DNA of 64,000 nucleotides from Trichoplax adhaerens (lineage: Eukaryota; Animalia; Placozoa), in the NCBI RefSeq assembly GCF_000150275.1, contig NW_002060955.1, positions 1,222,287-1,286,286 on the forward strand. Reading direction: 5' to 3'. Under the pieces are notes generated by a model that saw nothing but the letters and a program-made list of their open reading frames with translations, ran no database searches and had not been told where the DNA came from. Position numbers and translations under genes: made by a program. Shown in pieces: positions 36,301 to 50,011 of the stretch. The stretch's first letter is position 1. Each line of letters begins with the position of its first letter.

Positions 36301-39300
36301 CAATAAAGAACATTACAATTACGGCAATGATGATGTTCTTAATTAAACAACTTCTTCACTTGAAGGTAATTTAATTGTCTACAGTCAGACATTCTCTTAT
36401 CTAGCAATTTCGCCAAATCATAACATACATAAATGCTTTAATTCATTATAGCCACTAATAGATTTAGTTCAATCTTAAGTCTTAACGCTACTTTGAATTA
36501 TTTTTATTTCAACGCAGACTTGAATATATGATATCATAAATGAAATTACCTTACGCAAGACATCACTTTCATAGTTTCACAGGTTGGCTATAAATTATGG
36601 AAGGTAAAATTTGAAGGCATGGATGTTAAAATCATTGAAACTGGGAAGTATAAAATTGGCATACTCAAATATGAATCTACAGGTTATATAACGTACGACT
36701 TTGTTCTGACTTGACGAAATGATCTTAAACAGTTTTCCTTTCTTTTCATACAGACAGTAGTATTTCACCCAATTGTTGCCACCCACTTTAGCAGAAGACA
36801 ATAATAAGCAATGGTTAATCAAGGTAATATAAACACTATAGGTCAAAGTCTACCAACCTAATCCTTTCTTTAGCATGTACAAGTAGCCTTCCCTAGTATC
36901 GTCTGTGCTTTTAATTTTTTTGTCGGCATTGCTCTACATGATTGATTGCCAAAAATAGCTTATTTTATTCATGCGACAAATTGAGACCTTACGATGACCA
37001 ATTAAATCTATACAGTATCTATAATTGTATGCATTAAGTGTTATAAACAAGCGGTAACATAAAATACACCCATTCTCACGATAATTACCCTTATCTTAGT
37101 AATGTAACTTTGAGCTTCCTCTTTCTGCGTATCAAAGTTTTGCCTAGCCTAATAGTTAGTCATACGATCAATTACTATCAAAACAGCACTCTCACTTAAG
37201 CATGACGCTTGCCCTCGATGCATAGATTGCAGTGCACAATTACATACGTTTTGCAGAATTAATTGCAAATGGTTTAAGAATCCTTCAGAATCTCTAAAAA
37301 TTTCGTAACCTGACAAATAAATTGGCATAATTACAATGAGTAATCAATTAATCTCAACAGAATAATAATAAAAACATTATCATTGTATCATATTTATAAG
37401 TGGGATATAGGTGGACTGACTGACTTTGGTGATAAAACGTCCGCTGAACGTACATCCATCTAACAAGCTATCATCATGTTGCAGTTGGGTAAAAATAGAT
37501 ATAAAATGACGCCATCACACGTGTGTTCATGAATATGAAAGAAAAGATACCATGAGCTATTAAAATATGGAAGAAGCACAAATACCACAATACGGTGCAA
37601 TTCTTACAATTTCGACAAACTGAAATTTTTTCATTTCCTGCAATTGGTATAATTGAAAAACGTAATCCAAAGACGCTTGATGGTATTCTTCTAATTGATG
37701 ATCGAGTAAATCTTCAGACTGAGAGTATAATAAAAACGCATTAATCATGACATCGCAAGGAAGCTATGTACAAGTACGATTATAAAATATAACTATTAAT
37801 TAAATACGTTTTTCTTTACTTAATTTCTAATATATGCATCATTCATAATAATACGATGATCTAATTTTAGTCATACCTCTTGCACCACTGCTTCCTTCTT
37901 TTTGTTGGAAATATTTAAATGTTTTTCAAGTGCATTATAGTAACTTTGGCTAGATTTCTCGTACTTCTTTTTTTCTTCCTAAGCAGATCGTTTGCGAGAA
38001 ATGTAAACAAGGTTGTCATAAATAATTTAATGCGATAACATTATAAAGACAAACTTAATGAAGCAAACTCTCGCTAAAAACAACGTTTATAACAATTATC
38101 AACAGCTGTTACCTTCATGGCTTCGATATCTTCCTTTCTAAAATTTTCAAGCGGTTGTAATAGAGAGAGATTGCATGTTGTCATCTAGTAAATTAAATAG
38201 GCTTAGTAGAGGTAGCCTGCTAAACTCTAATTATTCTATCAGAACAGCTAATAGCAATAGATTATAAACCTAATATCATAATAAAGAAAAGTCAACATAA
38301 TGGTGTCAGTCGATGAGGCTATACTGGGTAAAAGTAAGTTAGCACTCTATGTTATTTTCTTACTCTATGAGCTATAGTCATTAGCATTAGATCATTTAAT
38401 TTTACGTCAACCCACGAACCAACACTTGACTTACCAAACCTTCTCTAGCGTCTTCGATAGAACGAATCATTTTACTAAAGGATTTAAAGGCTTCAGCTGA
38501 AATGTAATATGCATAGAAATTAATTCCTTTCTATCTAAAAATTGGCCAACGCATTAATAGCTTTGCTAAGATCATACAGTAATGTATATTTTAAGAAAGA
38601 TGTCTATCGACACCATTTTATCACAATTTATTATCGACAGCTTGTTTATCATCTAAGTGTTCAAGAACGAGAATTAATCTACTAAACTATAGAAAAAACA
38701 ATACACTTTTGATAATGCAAGCAATGGACTATTTATTATTTAGCATCTGCATAAAAGCAAACAGATGAAATTTGATATTGTATTGTAATTGAGAGGACAA
38801 GCAGCAGTTGCAGATAAGATTTTAATTTCATAACTCAACACGAACAATTTATATGTACTGTACATTCGCATTTGCGAGACATGATTTTGAAAGGATAGTT
38901 TAATTTATTTAAAAAACCATCCGAATTTAGCAATAAGATGTCTTCAGCGTTAGAACTAATGGTAATACAAGGGACGTCTTACGTAATTATACCGACATAC
39001 AAGATATTGCAGCAAAGTACGTATTTGTACCGAATACTGTGGCAACATTCATTTCCAATAATATCTATCTTTAATGTCGCATCGTTCATACACACGCGTA
39101 TAAATTAATTTATACTCGTAGTCATAACGCTTCGTTGATAAGACGTGAATACACGAAAATATGTATAGTACGCTGTTGAATTAATAATCGGGTGTTAATC
39201 ACTTTACAAAATTGTACTGCGATAATTTTTGATACTGTAGTCTGCAGTACGATAAAAAGATAGCTAGCAAGCAATGACTGGAACAGAAATCTTATTTTAT

Positions 39301-42300
39301 CACGTAGCTACAACTTACCGATTGTCAATTCATCATCAGTGGGTTGTCCAATCGCTTCCGTAAATTTAAATTCGTATAACGCTAGTGCAAAGCTTTTCTG
39401 AGCTTTTGATAATTCTATGTAAAATAAAAATAATATATCATCACTACGCAGTATTATTTATCGCTAAACTAAAAAAGCCACCATACGACCTTAGGTGTAC
39501 TGGAACACAGTAATCAATATAATAATCATAGTTTTAATAGTTTCATCTTGGATAAAAATCGAACGAATGGATACAGTCTTAGCCAATACAGCAGTAGGCA
39601 GTATTTTAAATAAATAATTTGACGAAAAAGTGGCAAAGGAAATGTTGATAAAATGGTTGATTAATAAACGGTATTTGTCAACAAGTTTGAAAAAGGAGAG
39701 CGTATCACTTATGACGAGTTCCGATTAATACACGACATACTGTACTGGGAGTCAATTGCGATACTAAGTGCTACTTTTAAGCGATAAGTTAATCTGTCAA
39801 CTTTGGAATTGAGATTCGATTAATCTATTCGAATTTGCTAAAGGTCAAAGTTGTACTTTTAAACGGGGAGAAAAAGAACTGTAATACCATGACTTTGCTA
39901 CCTGAAAATAGTCTATCTTCAACTCGGTAATCACTATTATAGCAAAGGGCAATCATATTTTTCTTTAAAGCTAAAGGGAGACCTTCATTTCATTTTGAAA
40001 GGATCTTTTTTCCTATCCTTGCTATTCCAGTTTTATTGAAAAATAAGTATATTACTAGAAGAAGTTTTTAAAATAGCGTTTCTATTATAGATCGTTATGG
40101 TGTCGTGGAATACCTCAAAAGCAAATAATATTCGATTTAAATTTGATTTAAGACGGTCATGCGGTCTTATTCATTTTGAATGAATAAGTAAAAATGATTT
40201 CTGTACTTTATCTATTTACACCATTTCGACATTAATGAATACAGCATCAATTATCAGGAAAGTATGATGGACAATACAAGACTAGTGTATTTGTAGTGGA
40301 AAAAGTTGATGACGTTGTATTTCAGAAACGGTTTTAAGCATGCTATAAAGGGAGTAACATGTAGATACTAGTCCATTGCATCGAGCAGCCCAAAGTTGAT
40401 CGAATGCCTTAATGCAAATAGGTCATTTTATTGAGATAGTCGTTACATCCTTTCCATCGAAAATACATAAGAGTAATAATTATAAATATCAATTACGACA
40501 TGGTTCAACTACTGTACGAATTAAGCCATCCCAAGTAGAAATTGGAGGATGGTGATTTCAGGAACAGGTTAAGAAAGCCATCACAAAAGTAATCATAGCG
40601 CCAAATTTAATTTTGATCTTCTTTTCTCCCTTGTAGTAAATACATTATGGCGTATAACGTATTAAATTTAGGCCCAGTGTTTGCTAATCAATTGTATCGC
40701 TGTATTTAAACTTTTCTTGCAAAACCTGAATAATTGAAGACTGTTGTAGTCAATAATCGAAAAGGGACAGCAATTGTTTCAATTCGGCAAAAAGATTGAT
40801 AATATACCTTGCTAGAGTAGCACTCATTTATTTCTAACCGATACGACTGACCGATTAATTTAGCATCAATGGTGGAAAGAGTTTTTCATTTCAACATGAG
40901 CAATACTTGCTTGCAAAATGACACGGATAATGACAGCTTATGGATAGTGGTTGACATCATTCTCAATTCATTTCTATATCTTTAAGGAGTACTTCAATTA
41001 ACGTAATTAATTGATGTTGGAAGCTTGTAAGGAATGTCATTGTACTAAAGACTAAAAATGGGTTAACGGATACGTTAAAATACTTCAAGTGTCCTTTAAC
41101 ATCCTTGATTTAGTCAATCCTTGCATCCAATATTATTGTCGATGGTTAACGTGGATCATGTTGCGACATTGACGAGAAATTGCTTGCCGCATCTCGTCAC
41201 GACCTTCCATTTTCTCCTGTTACTTAGTGCGTTCATTTCAATTTGGTGATGATTTAGAATGGCTGCTGCGGCAAGTTTTCTATATAGAGATATACTACTA
41301 CGGTAGTGTAGTCAGCTACTTGTAGGAGATCATGGCATGGATTTTTTTCTCTTACAAGTCGTTGGTGTAACTAGGTGTTATTCCATACTATTCCCCCTTC
41401 AATTGAAGTTGAAGAAATTGTTCAAGCTTGCTATCGTATCCTCCATTTTCATACTACTGTACTGTGTGTGCATCATCACAGAATAAATGACCGTTATTGT
41501 GGAGATTCAAGTTGATAGCCTGTTTTTTTCTTCATTCAATAGCATTTAAAAGGTCATGGATAAATAAAAATATAGTGGCTGATATCGGATGGCGATTACA
41601 TCAATATTATTGTAAGACGTCCAATTGTGGCAGGCATAACAACTGTAGTAGGAATGTAGGATAGAGCAAGGACTAGCAACGATTAATGTTGCACTCTACC
41701 CTACCTGCGGTCGAATGGAATGATGCCTTGTGAAAATTATTCTCATGTTACGAAAGCCTTGCTGCTCTTTTGCTTTGCGTCCTTTCTCCTTGTACTAACC
41801 AATCTCATTTTTGGCGAAATGGAAAGGACTCCCTCAAGTCGCCTGGCCAACTAGGCCACTACTATCGATTAAGGTATCCATTTGCTAGCACAAAATCGAC
41901 TTGATCTCTAACTGAAAATGGTGACCATATCCATTTCATCGTGGCCATTGCGAATAGAGGGTTGTATCAATTTATGTCTTGTATGGGGTGTTCCACTGTC
42001 ATTCGGTATACGTGGTACGTCAGGAATTGGAGCTTTTGGTTGGGTTCAAATGTCCGCGATGATTGTATATAAAAAGTTACGTTTGAAAAAGTCATGAAAG
42101 GTATTTTCTTCCTTCATGACTGTCTCAGTAGAAATAGAATGGATATTTTAGCTATCATTGATTTTAATGCCCTATACTATTAGCCATATTCGCCATAGTC
42201 TATGGACGGATCTCTAGTACGCCTAGAGCTCCCTTGGCTTTGTTTACTATCGTTGGACATGGCCTTTGCAGAACTCGATTGGCAATCCAACATCCGTTCC

Positions 42301-42626
42301 ACTGGGTCGACATCATTGTAGCGAATAGGATAGCGAAGCCTACGCCGTAGCTCCTTCATGCTGACTAAAGGCAGATCTTGTTGGGTGGGTACAGGCAATC
42401 ACAGAGGTTGGAGGGGTGAAAAATAAAAAGGGAAAAAAAAAAAGAGGACCGACCTACAGGTCTTTAACTTACGCGTTATCGCACTCAGGAGTTTGCGACT
42501 TTCTTTCAGTAATCCCTTCAAGGCATCACTGGTATCTTCTAATTCTCCTTCGTGCGAGTGAAGATTGGATCGGAAATAAGGACTATCCGTTAAACATTCT
42601 GCCGGCTCTAATGGTAACAGAACCAT
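33377..42626 (-). CDS. ARHGAP26: GRAF/oligophrenin-family Rho GTPase-activating protein (BAR-PH-RhoGAP-SH3); about 27 coding exons
   Basis: Exon 1 42626-42473 MVLLPLEPAECLTDSPYFRSNLHSHEGELE; BAR exons (ASLDYVFQLYQLQEMKKFQFVE); PH (REGYLYM, WVKYYCLYEK, RRKTDSIEKRYCFDI, WLEAMDGAEPVY); GAP (GLGEQGLYRLVG with Arg finger, [44 protein letters not shown]); SH3 (ARTLYQCKGEYDKELSF, EEPGWLYGTINDETGLIPENYVEII*). Likely co-orthologue of ARHGAP10/26/42 and OPHN1. Confidence 0.96.
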
Positions 42627-42699
42627 CACTGCAATCGATCAAGTCAATGAGTTCAGGAAAAGGACAATCTCTTGCTTAAAAATGGCCTACAATCTAGCG

Positions 42700-44110
42700 T
42701 AGAAATGAGCAAAACAGATTGGACTAGACAGCGAGCGAATGGACTCTTTCTCCTTTCCTACCACTGGATCGCAGTAGAGTAAATAGAGTCGACGCATTCG
42801 ACGTGGTTACTTATAGCATCCTTCGAGCGTGCGCAGTGCAGGCGATTCAGGCCTAGACTGAGACTGAAGCGTCACACTCCACTGCAGCGTCACAGTATAG
42901 TATGACCCAGTACAGTTGATTGAGGCATAGGCTGACTGAGACTGCGGCGTCACACTCCACTGTAGCGTCACAGTACAGTACCGTATGACCCAGTACAGTT
43001 GATTGAGGCATAGGCTGACTGAGACTGCGGCGTCACACTCCACTTGCGACGAGTCACTACTGATGCCAAGTCACCCGAGTTGAAGAAGAGCACACTAGAG
43101 TCTACTCGAATACACCGCCACTACGGTAATAGTGCGAGTCATATTGAGGTTCATCGACTACTGTACTCTACACAGTATGACAGATCGATTCCGCATGTGT
43201 TGGCGCGAGATGGGCCAACATGGCAAAACACAACTGTACCACTGTACTCTACAGTCTACAGTCTATAGTGTCGAAAAGAATCGAGTACTGTAGCTGAGCA
43301 TACAATACAGTAATCGGCTGCAACTCTACTAGGAGTACCTTGACGCTGCAGTACAGTATCATACAGTACATAGCAATGCCTGTACAGTACTTGGAAATCG
43401 GTAGCTTGAAGACACCAACAAGTTCCGCAAGATCACAACATTTCTTCTGGAAAACGGACGTACACGTACTTCGGCGTTACTGTGTAGTTAATATGTCTTT
43501 CTGCTTAGAGACTGTAGACGAGAGAGAGAGAGAGAGCTGTTTTAGAAATGGCAACTTTATTACCCGAAGTCAGCTAGGTACAAAGTAGAGAGAGAGTTAT
43601 ACTGTTGCACAGAAAAGGGATTCTGAACGCAACTCGCTAACCCACTTGCTGTATACTGTATGGAGTAGATGGTGACCGACTGTAGTGCGATTCTGTACAT
43701 ATTAGCATCATCATTTACGTCAGTATACTAGTGTACTGTAATGGAGAAGTGTACATGATTCGTGGATAAATGAGCAATGATATGACAGGCCCATCATATT
43801 TACTCAAATAGTAACCATTTGGGCAAAATAACTTGCACAATAAGTTCTGTGCAGTAGAGTACAATATAGTAATGATATTCTACTGTACAGCACACTGTAC
43901 ACAAGTGTACAAGTGTACACGGGACAGCTCTTTTGGTTACCGCCGCAATCGCGGACTTAAAGTACATTTGCTTCAAAGTGGTGAAAACTGCCGCTATCAC
44001 CTGTTCGTAGAATGAAGTGTTTTAGTGAAGGAGTCTGTCAGCCAGTCAACAATTTCTTCTCTCTCTCGCTAGCAAAAAAAATAGTGTGAACCAACGTACA
44101 GTATAGTAGG
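42700..44110. promoter_or_regulatory. putative divergent promoter region (GRAF / STXBP4)
   Basis: GC-richer, dense CAGTAC/TACTGT/GTACA motifs and (GA)n at 43520, between head-to-head genes. Confidence 0.45.
42856..43043. repeat. GC-rich tandem repeat, about 78-83-bp unit, 2.3 copies, upstream of GRAF
   Basis: GACTGAGACTG..GCGTCACACTCCAC at 42856, 42934 and 43017; near-identical units. Confidence 0.9.
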
Positions 44111-47100
44111 ATTGTATTGGATACAATGAAATCTTGCTTACTGTAAACCTGTCATTCCACACTTTCCCTATTGCCTAGGATACTTACGGGAAAAAAGTGT
44201 CCATCCACGCAAAATGGAGGCGTACCAATCAACAAGAATGCGAAGCTTTAGTTCATCGGTTGTATCATTCGCCACTGCTGTATACGAAGCTGTATACTAC
44301 AGTAGAATGATTGAATTAATTAATTACGGTAGGCGTTCAGCAACGCAGTAGGACTAGATCACGTCATTCTTATGCCTATTTTGAAAGACCTCCAACTGAG
44401 GCAACAAATGGATCGATTCAAATAGAATAGTCAATAGAATAGACGAGCAGATACCAGTAGATCATTACTTTTTACGGGTAGTAATTAGTCTATAGTCTTG
44501 GTTAATTAGCCGACATTGATTTATTCAACTATCATGGGTCGTTGATAATGTTGATACAGTAAGACAATTAGCTTTGCACTTTACTAATAAATAATCCAGT
44601 AGCTTAATAAACCGCTAATTTGAAAGAAAAATTCCAATACCGGATGTCATTATACTGTAGTCATTGTAATGAAATGAATTATCCGTTAGCCACGGATGGC
44701 TGTTATTAAAATAGAGACGAAATATTGCATCATGCCAATAAGTATGAAATGCTTGCGACCTAGAACATAGATCAATCAACACTCTAATCATTCTACCTAC
44801 ATTCTCGTATGATCTTGACTAACCCAAATAATTTGGGATACAATGGATACTAATCACTCATGATATTCTACCTACAGTAAGCCAATTTTTCTTACTGTTA
44901 ATAATAATTGTGAACTAATGCTTATTGAATGGATACAGTTTTTATGACATGGTTACTAGTATTACAAGAAAAATGTGCTTTACCTATTTTAATCTACCAG
45001 TGCTACGTAATGGCTTTATCACTAAAAACTCGCTCTCTGGTATTTACGAATTGCGAATCATGCGCCATAGCCGTATGTACGTATCATCCAATTTTTGCGG
45101 GTTGCCGTCGGCATTAAGTGCATGACATTGATTATCATTCTAGAATGAATTTTCAAAACGATATGAAGTATAAATTTAATCAAGGTATAGCTGGACTTAT
45201 CGTAGTGCACTGTATGGCAATTATCTGGGGATAGCCAGATTCCCCTAACTTGTAAAATCATATTCTTAAACAGTAACGTAATTTATGGTGCTCTATCTTA
45301 TCGTATCTACTGTATATTATGACTGTTATGTTGCAAAAGTTTTACAATGTCACGGAACTAGTTATCAAAATTATAATAGAATCATTTGGCATCCTGGATA
45401 CAGGTATAGTTCTGTGATTGTTATATTATAGTACGCGCGTATGTATTGGCCAGCAATTAATTATAATAATTTCTTTTTAATGATATTGGCTATGATCGTA
45501 TCGATTCTTACTACATCTATCTGGTATTGCACTTTAAAGTAGCCTAGAATGGAATGGGCTGATATACTGAATGAGACAAGTGCTAAATCTCTTGTCGATG
45601 ACTGATTTGAGAAATGATCAAGGAATGAGACTAAAGATGAAGAACACGCGACAGGTATGAGTAAAGGCAATAGGATAGGATAATTTCATCACCAGTGTAA
45701 GAAATAAAGGAGTTTCTTTATCGGTGATCCTATTTATTTAGAATAAGAATCATGCGTATCTAAAAGAAAAGAAAATTAGAACCTCAAGATGTAATAAACT
45801 ACAGAAGATAGAAGATCTTTGTGATCACATCTCTATCATTGCTGAAGCTAACTTGCAACAATCTACTCATTTTGTTACAATAATGCAATTTCTATAGTAA
45901 GCTAATCAATGATATAAGTTGCTGTGTGATATAATTGTAATGACTTAAACCAGATTGTAATCAAGTCTCTAACATATCTGCACTGTTTAAGAATTGTTAT
46001 TAGGTGTGAAACGCTTGATTCTTAGAAAGTGTTGTAAACAGATGCAGTAGGAATACAGAACGTTGATATGTTGCTGTTTACACATTTTGTTATAATCATT
46101 ATATATGTTACGGCCAAAACCCGAAGTCCGGCTAAGTATAAATCCATGTACGTTAGTATGTGCTTTACCTCTACAGTACTGATTCAATATATCGACATGA
46201 TGGCGGTCTATCAAGTGGTATCTATCTATCACTACTCTGCTGTAAAACCCTCCCACCCAGCCCTAAAAAGAGCGCGGCAGAGTATTGATCATCAGTATTA
46301 TTCACTGCTTAAACTGATTTGAAACTATCATAGGTGTCGTTATGACAGTATACTCGTATAAGCCGTTTACAGTTGATGATGTTTTCATTCCATACCGTTG
46401 TAGTCAAGAGCACGATGATATCATAACCAAATCATTCCTGTCCATTTTAGCTAGAATGCATTCAGTGTGCGATAGTTATGCGCGTATTATTATTGAAGGT
46501 ATTTGTTGTAACACATGTTTTGATGTTTAGCCTGGTAGTGAACGTTGTTTGCGTGCCAATGGCCACCTATTGTATCTTAGCAAAAACAACGAAATAATCC
46601 AGTTTACTCTGTCATGCTCAAGAGGCTCATTGATGACCATCAATGGATAGAAAGAAATTCCAATACGAATCGATCCCGACAATAAATTGCTGATCAATCA
46701 CTCGTTCTAATCCTTATCATCCTTCTTGTCGATCTGCAGCACAAGTAGAGAGCCCTTACATCCCTTCCTTGATTAATAGCAATATTCTATCCAATGATAT
46801 GCAAGATTATTGACTTCTTATTGACTACCGTTCTATAGCCTAAGCTCATTTGCTCAATCGGGAGTAGTTTTAGCGTCCATACCGGTTATACAATAGTCAA
46901 TAAAGTGAATAGCGGCTTTATTCATGTCCATAGACAGTTGAAAACCACTGGAAAGAATTCCAACTACTGTATGAGTTGTTACCACTAGCTTGGGGTGTTG
47001 TACTAGTAGTGGCAGTGCACTGACCACTTGCAGTACAGTTTACTCGTACACAGTGCTGTAGCCATGACTGCAAGTCATATTCCGAGCGTGACACACAACG

Positions 47101-50011
47101 GGGGCGGTAACGGTTCTCATCCCATCGTCGATCGTGTGGTGTCGCCCAACAGCGGCAACCAGCTATTGTTCTACTATCAGCGATTGAAAACAATACATCA
47201 AGTCATTTAGATTGATAAGCTCATTTGCGTAACAATACCTTGTCGGTTATGTCATTGTATTCTTATCTGTGAAGTTCAAGCTAGAGCGTCAGTCTACGCA
47301 TTTTTTGAAGGTAAAAAAAAATATCCCCAAGCCTCCAAGCTTTCCTTCTAATCCTTCGTCCACTCCATTTGGATTTATTGAGCTTCAAAAGAACACCAAT
47401 CCATCAAGCTTGCCAATTGAATTCCTGCATTTTCTTGGTTAATCATCCAATTACTTGATTGGGTTCATCATTTCCATTACTAGGTAACTAACTTCAATAA
47501 ATGACAGCCAAATAGTAAGACTTTTATCTAAACAACGGAGTAGGTTGTACAGCATGATTCATCACAACCAGTATCAACAACAGTAATGGAGGTGGTCGAC
47601 AATATCGTTGGTAAGGTGCATTTTCCCCCTATTTTATAAGACCAACCAACCATCATGGCCATCATCCAGTGGCCACAACATTAAGGTGTAGTTAATGACG
47701 ATTACAGTTGACTTGATATGATGTTAAATGCTGTTGGTCATCGCCACGGAACCAAATTGATTTCATGATTCTGAACGTGGATGGACGACCAACATGATCG
47801 ATGACGACCGGTTACAGTCAAATCAAACTGCTTGCAGGCCTATTCATAGCTTAAGGATCATTATTTAATCTGACTAGTATTAGTCTAGTTTTCCTTGACG
47901 CTGTAATTTCGACATCCATTCATCGATCGATGATTCTACTACGAAACTAGCATACGATCTACAGTATGTAAGCGATAGAAGATAATCGATCATGATAACA
48001 TCATGATCATTAGATAATACAAGATAAGGTACTCTATCAAACTTGCACGTTTTTCTGCTTGAATTGGCACTATTTAGCTTGAGTCATAAGCTGTTTTAAA
48101 TTCTTAATTGGTATCGTTTTCTTCCATTTTGCAAAGTGGATATCAATGTGTAGAAAGAAAATTCAATTACAGGATAGTCTAGGGTCAATGGAGACGCCAT
48201 TCGATAGTGACATCGATCAAAGGCGATAAAAATAGGGGCAATAAAAGGCGAGATACTCCAATTCACGTTGTTGCACTGATCGTAATCTGTCTCAACCATG
48301 TATGTTTTCAATTTTTCTCATAACTGGGCCAGGAGAGATTCTATCGTAGTCATCTACAAAACTAACTCTTGCCATTGAAACAACGATAATTGGATGAAAT
48401 TAAACTTTTTAAAATCAGTTACTTTACAGTCAGTACGAACGCCATCCTCCAAATCAATCATCTCGACTTTATGCTTGTTTTGATACTGACCATTATGTTC
48501 ACTATTAATTAAGCCAGTTGCAAGACAGGAAAACCAATTGATTCTCTTTATTTTCAATTCATAACAACTTGATGTGATTCTTCGAAATCAATTCCCATTG
48601 CGTTCCTACGAAAGAGGGTAAAATGTTCTTGTTCTGATTTCTTATTTCTGTCCATTCCTACAAAGCAGGAATGGAGTTTACAACCGAGTGGATAGCATCA
48701 GCTTTGAGCGTACGCGGTTTGAATTTGCTCTCATTATTTCAACCCTATACCCTATCTATTTGTACAAAGTCATGATTGTAGTCATCTTAGAACTGAAATA
48801 GTCTAATTGAACCGATTCAATTATAGATTGACATTAATTGCCATCGCTGTTCGTTGCGATATTAAATTAAGATGTGCAAATTGAGCGTACGTCATGATAA
48901 AAAAGGATAGACTGTAGTATCAGATAACATTCATTGCCTGTTCAACTCTGATACTTGATACAATCAATTTACTCCATTTTTGAAAATTCACAAGGTAGAA
49001 ATAACTCTTCGTTAATAATGACTTTTATTATCCATCAATTTTCAATCGCACGGTAGTTCATAGATTCTCACAGTATGAAATCATACTTGTACTAATAATT
49101 CACCTCATCCTAAATCGTCATGAACTACGGCCAATCCAACAAATCCAATGGAAAGTCATGGCCAACACTGTATAATTTCCATTGGGTATTTATTTCGTTA
49201 GCTTACTAGCGGTCTGGACAGCTTTATAATCATTTTTACCGAGGACCGAAAGAGCAAAGTCATTCCATATTAACTATTTGCTAGTGGTAACGAATTGAAT
49301 AGACACTGATTGACTCAAAAAGATGGCATAGTTTACTACTGCCGTCAAAATGATAGGATAGCGACGCTTTGAAAGGTGTTTGAAGAGAGAGAAATAGGTT
49401 AAGCAAGTTGAAAAGTTTGAAGTAATCCTTTGTAGTAATTTCTTATTCTCTATATGAGTTAGTTTGTATAATCTTCACTATAACAGTAAGCTCGCCGATG
49501 GGAATAACAGAATCATAGCTTATTTTTTATCCTAAATTAGTAATGGTAATGCTCATACAACAACTCGTCCACTTATTGTGCAGAATCATTTCACAATTTA
49601 TCGATTCGACCTTAACATAGTAATCACAATTTTCCAATATCAACGAATCAGCACGCAAACATAATTGTATTTAGGTTTTGCAAATTTCGCTTTTGAATGT
49701 CAGCAATATAACCATCAATCGTTGAAAACTTGATTGAAGAATATAAAATGGCGTTATGACAATATTATGATAACGACAACATCTTTAATTCGTTTATGCC
49801 TTGGTCTTCATTTAAGACTTATCATGCTGTGCATGGCATTGGCTCGAAAATATCTACCTTACTTTTATGAGATATTTTGACTTGTGTGTTTTCCATCTTT
49901 ATCATAGTCGAAAGACTAATCTAATCTACTTTTACGCTTGATGCTATATAACGGATATTCATTTTTGATCCATTTTATACAATTTAGAAACGTTGAATTA
50001 CAAGTGGTAAC

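Noticed and set aside
42807-44015. Short Cys/Thr/Val/Tyr-rich ORFs in the track (also 63337-63789)
   Set aside because: By-products of ACAGT-type repeats in promoter tracts.
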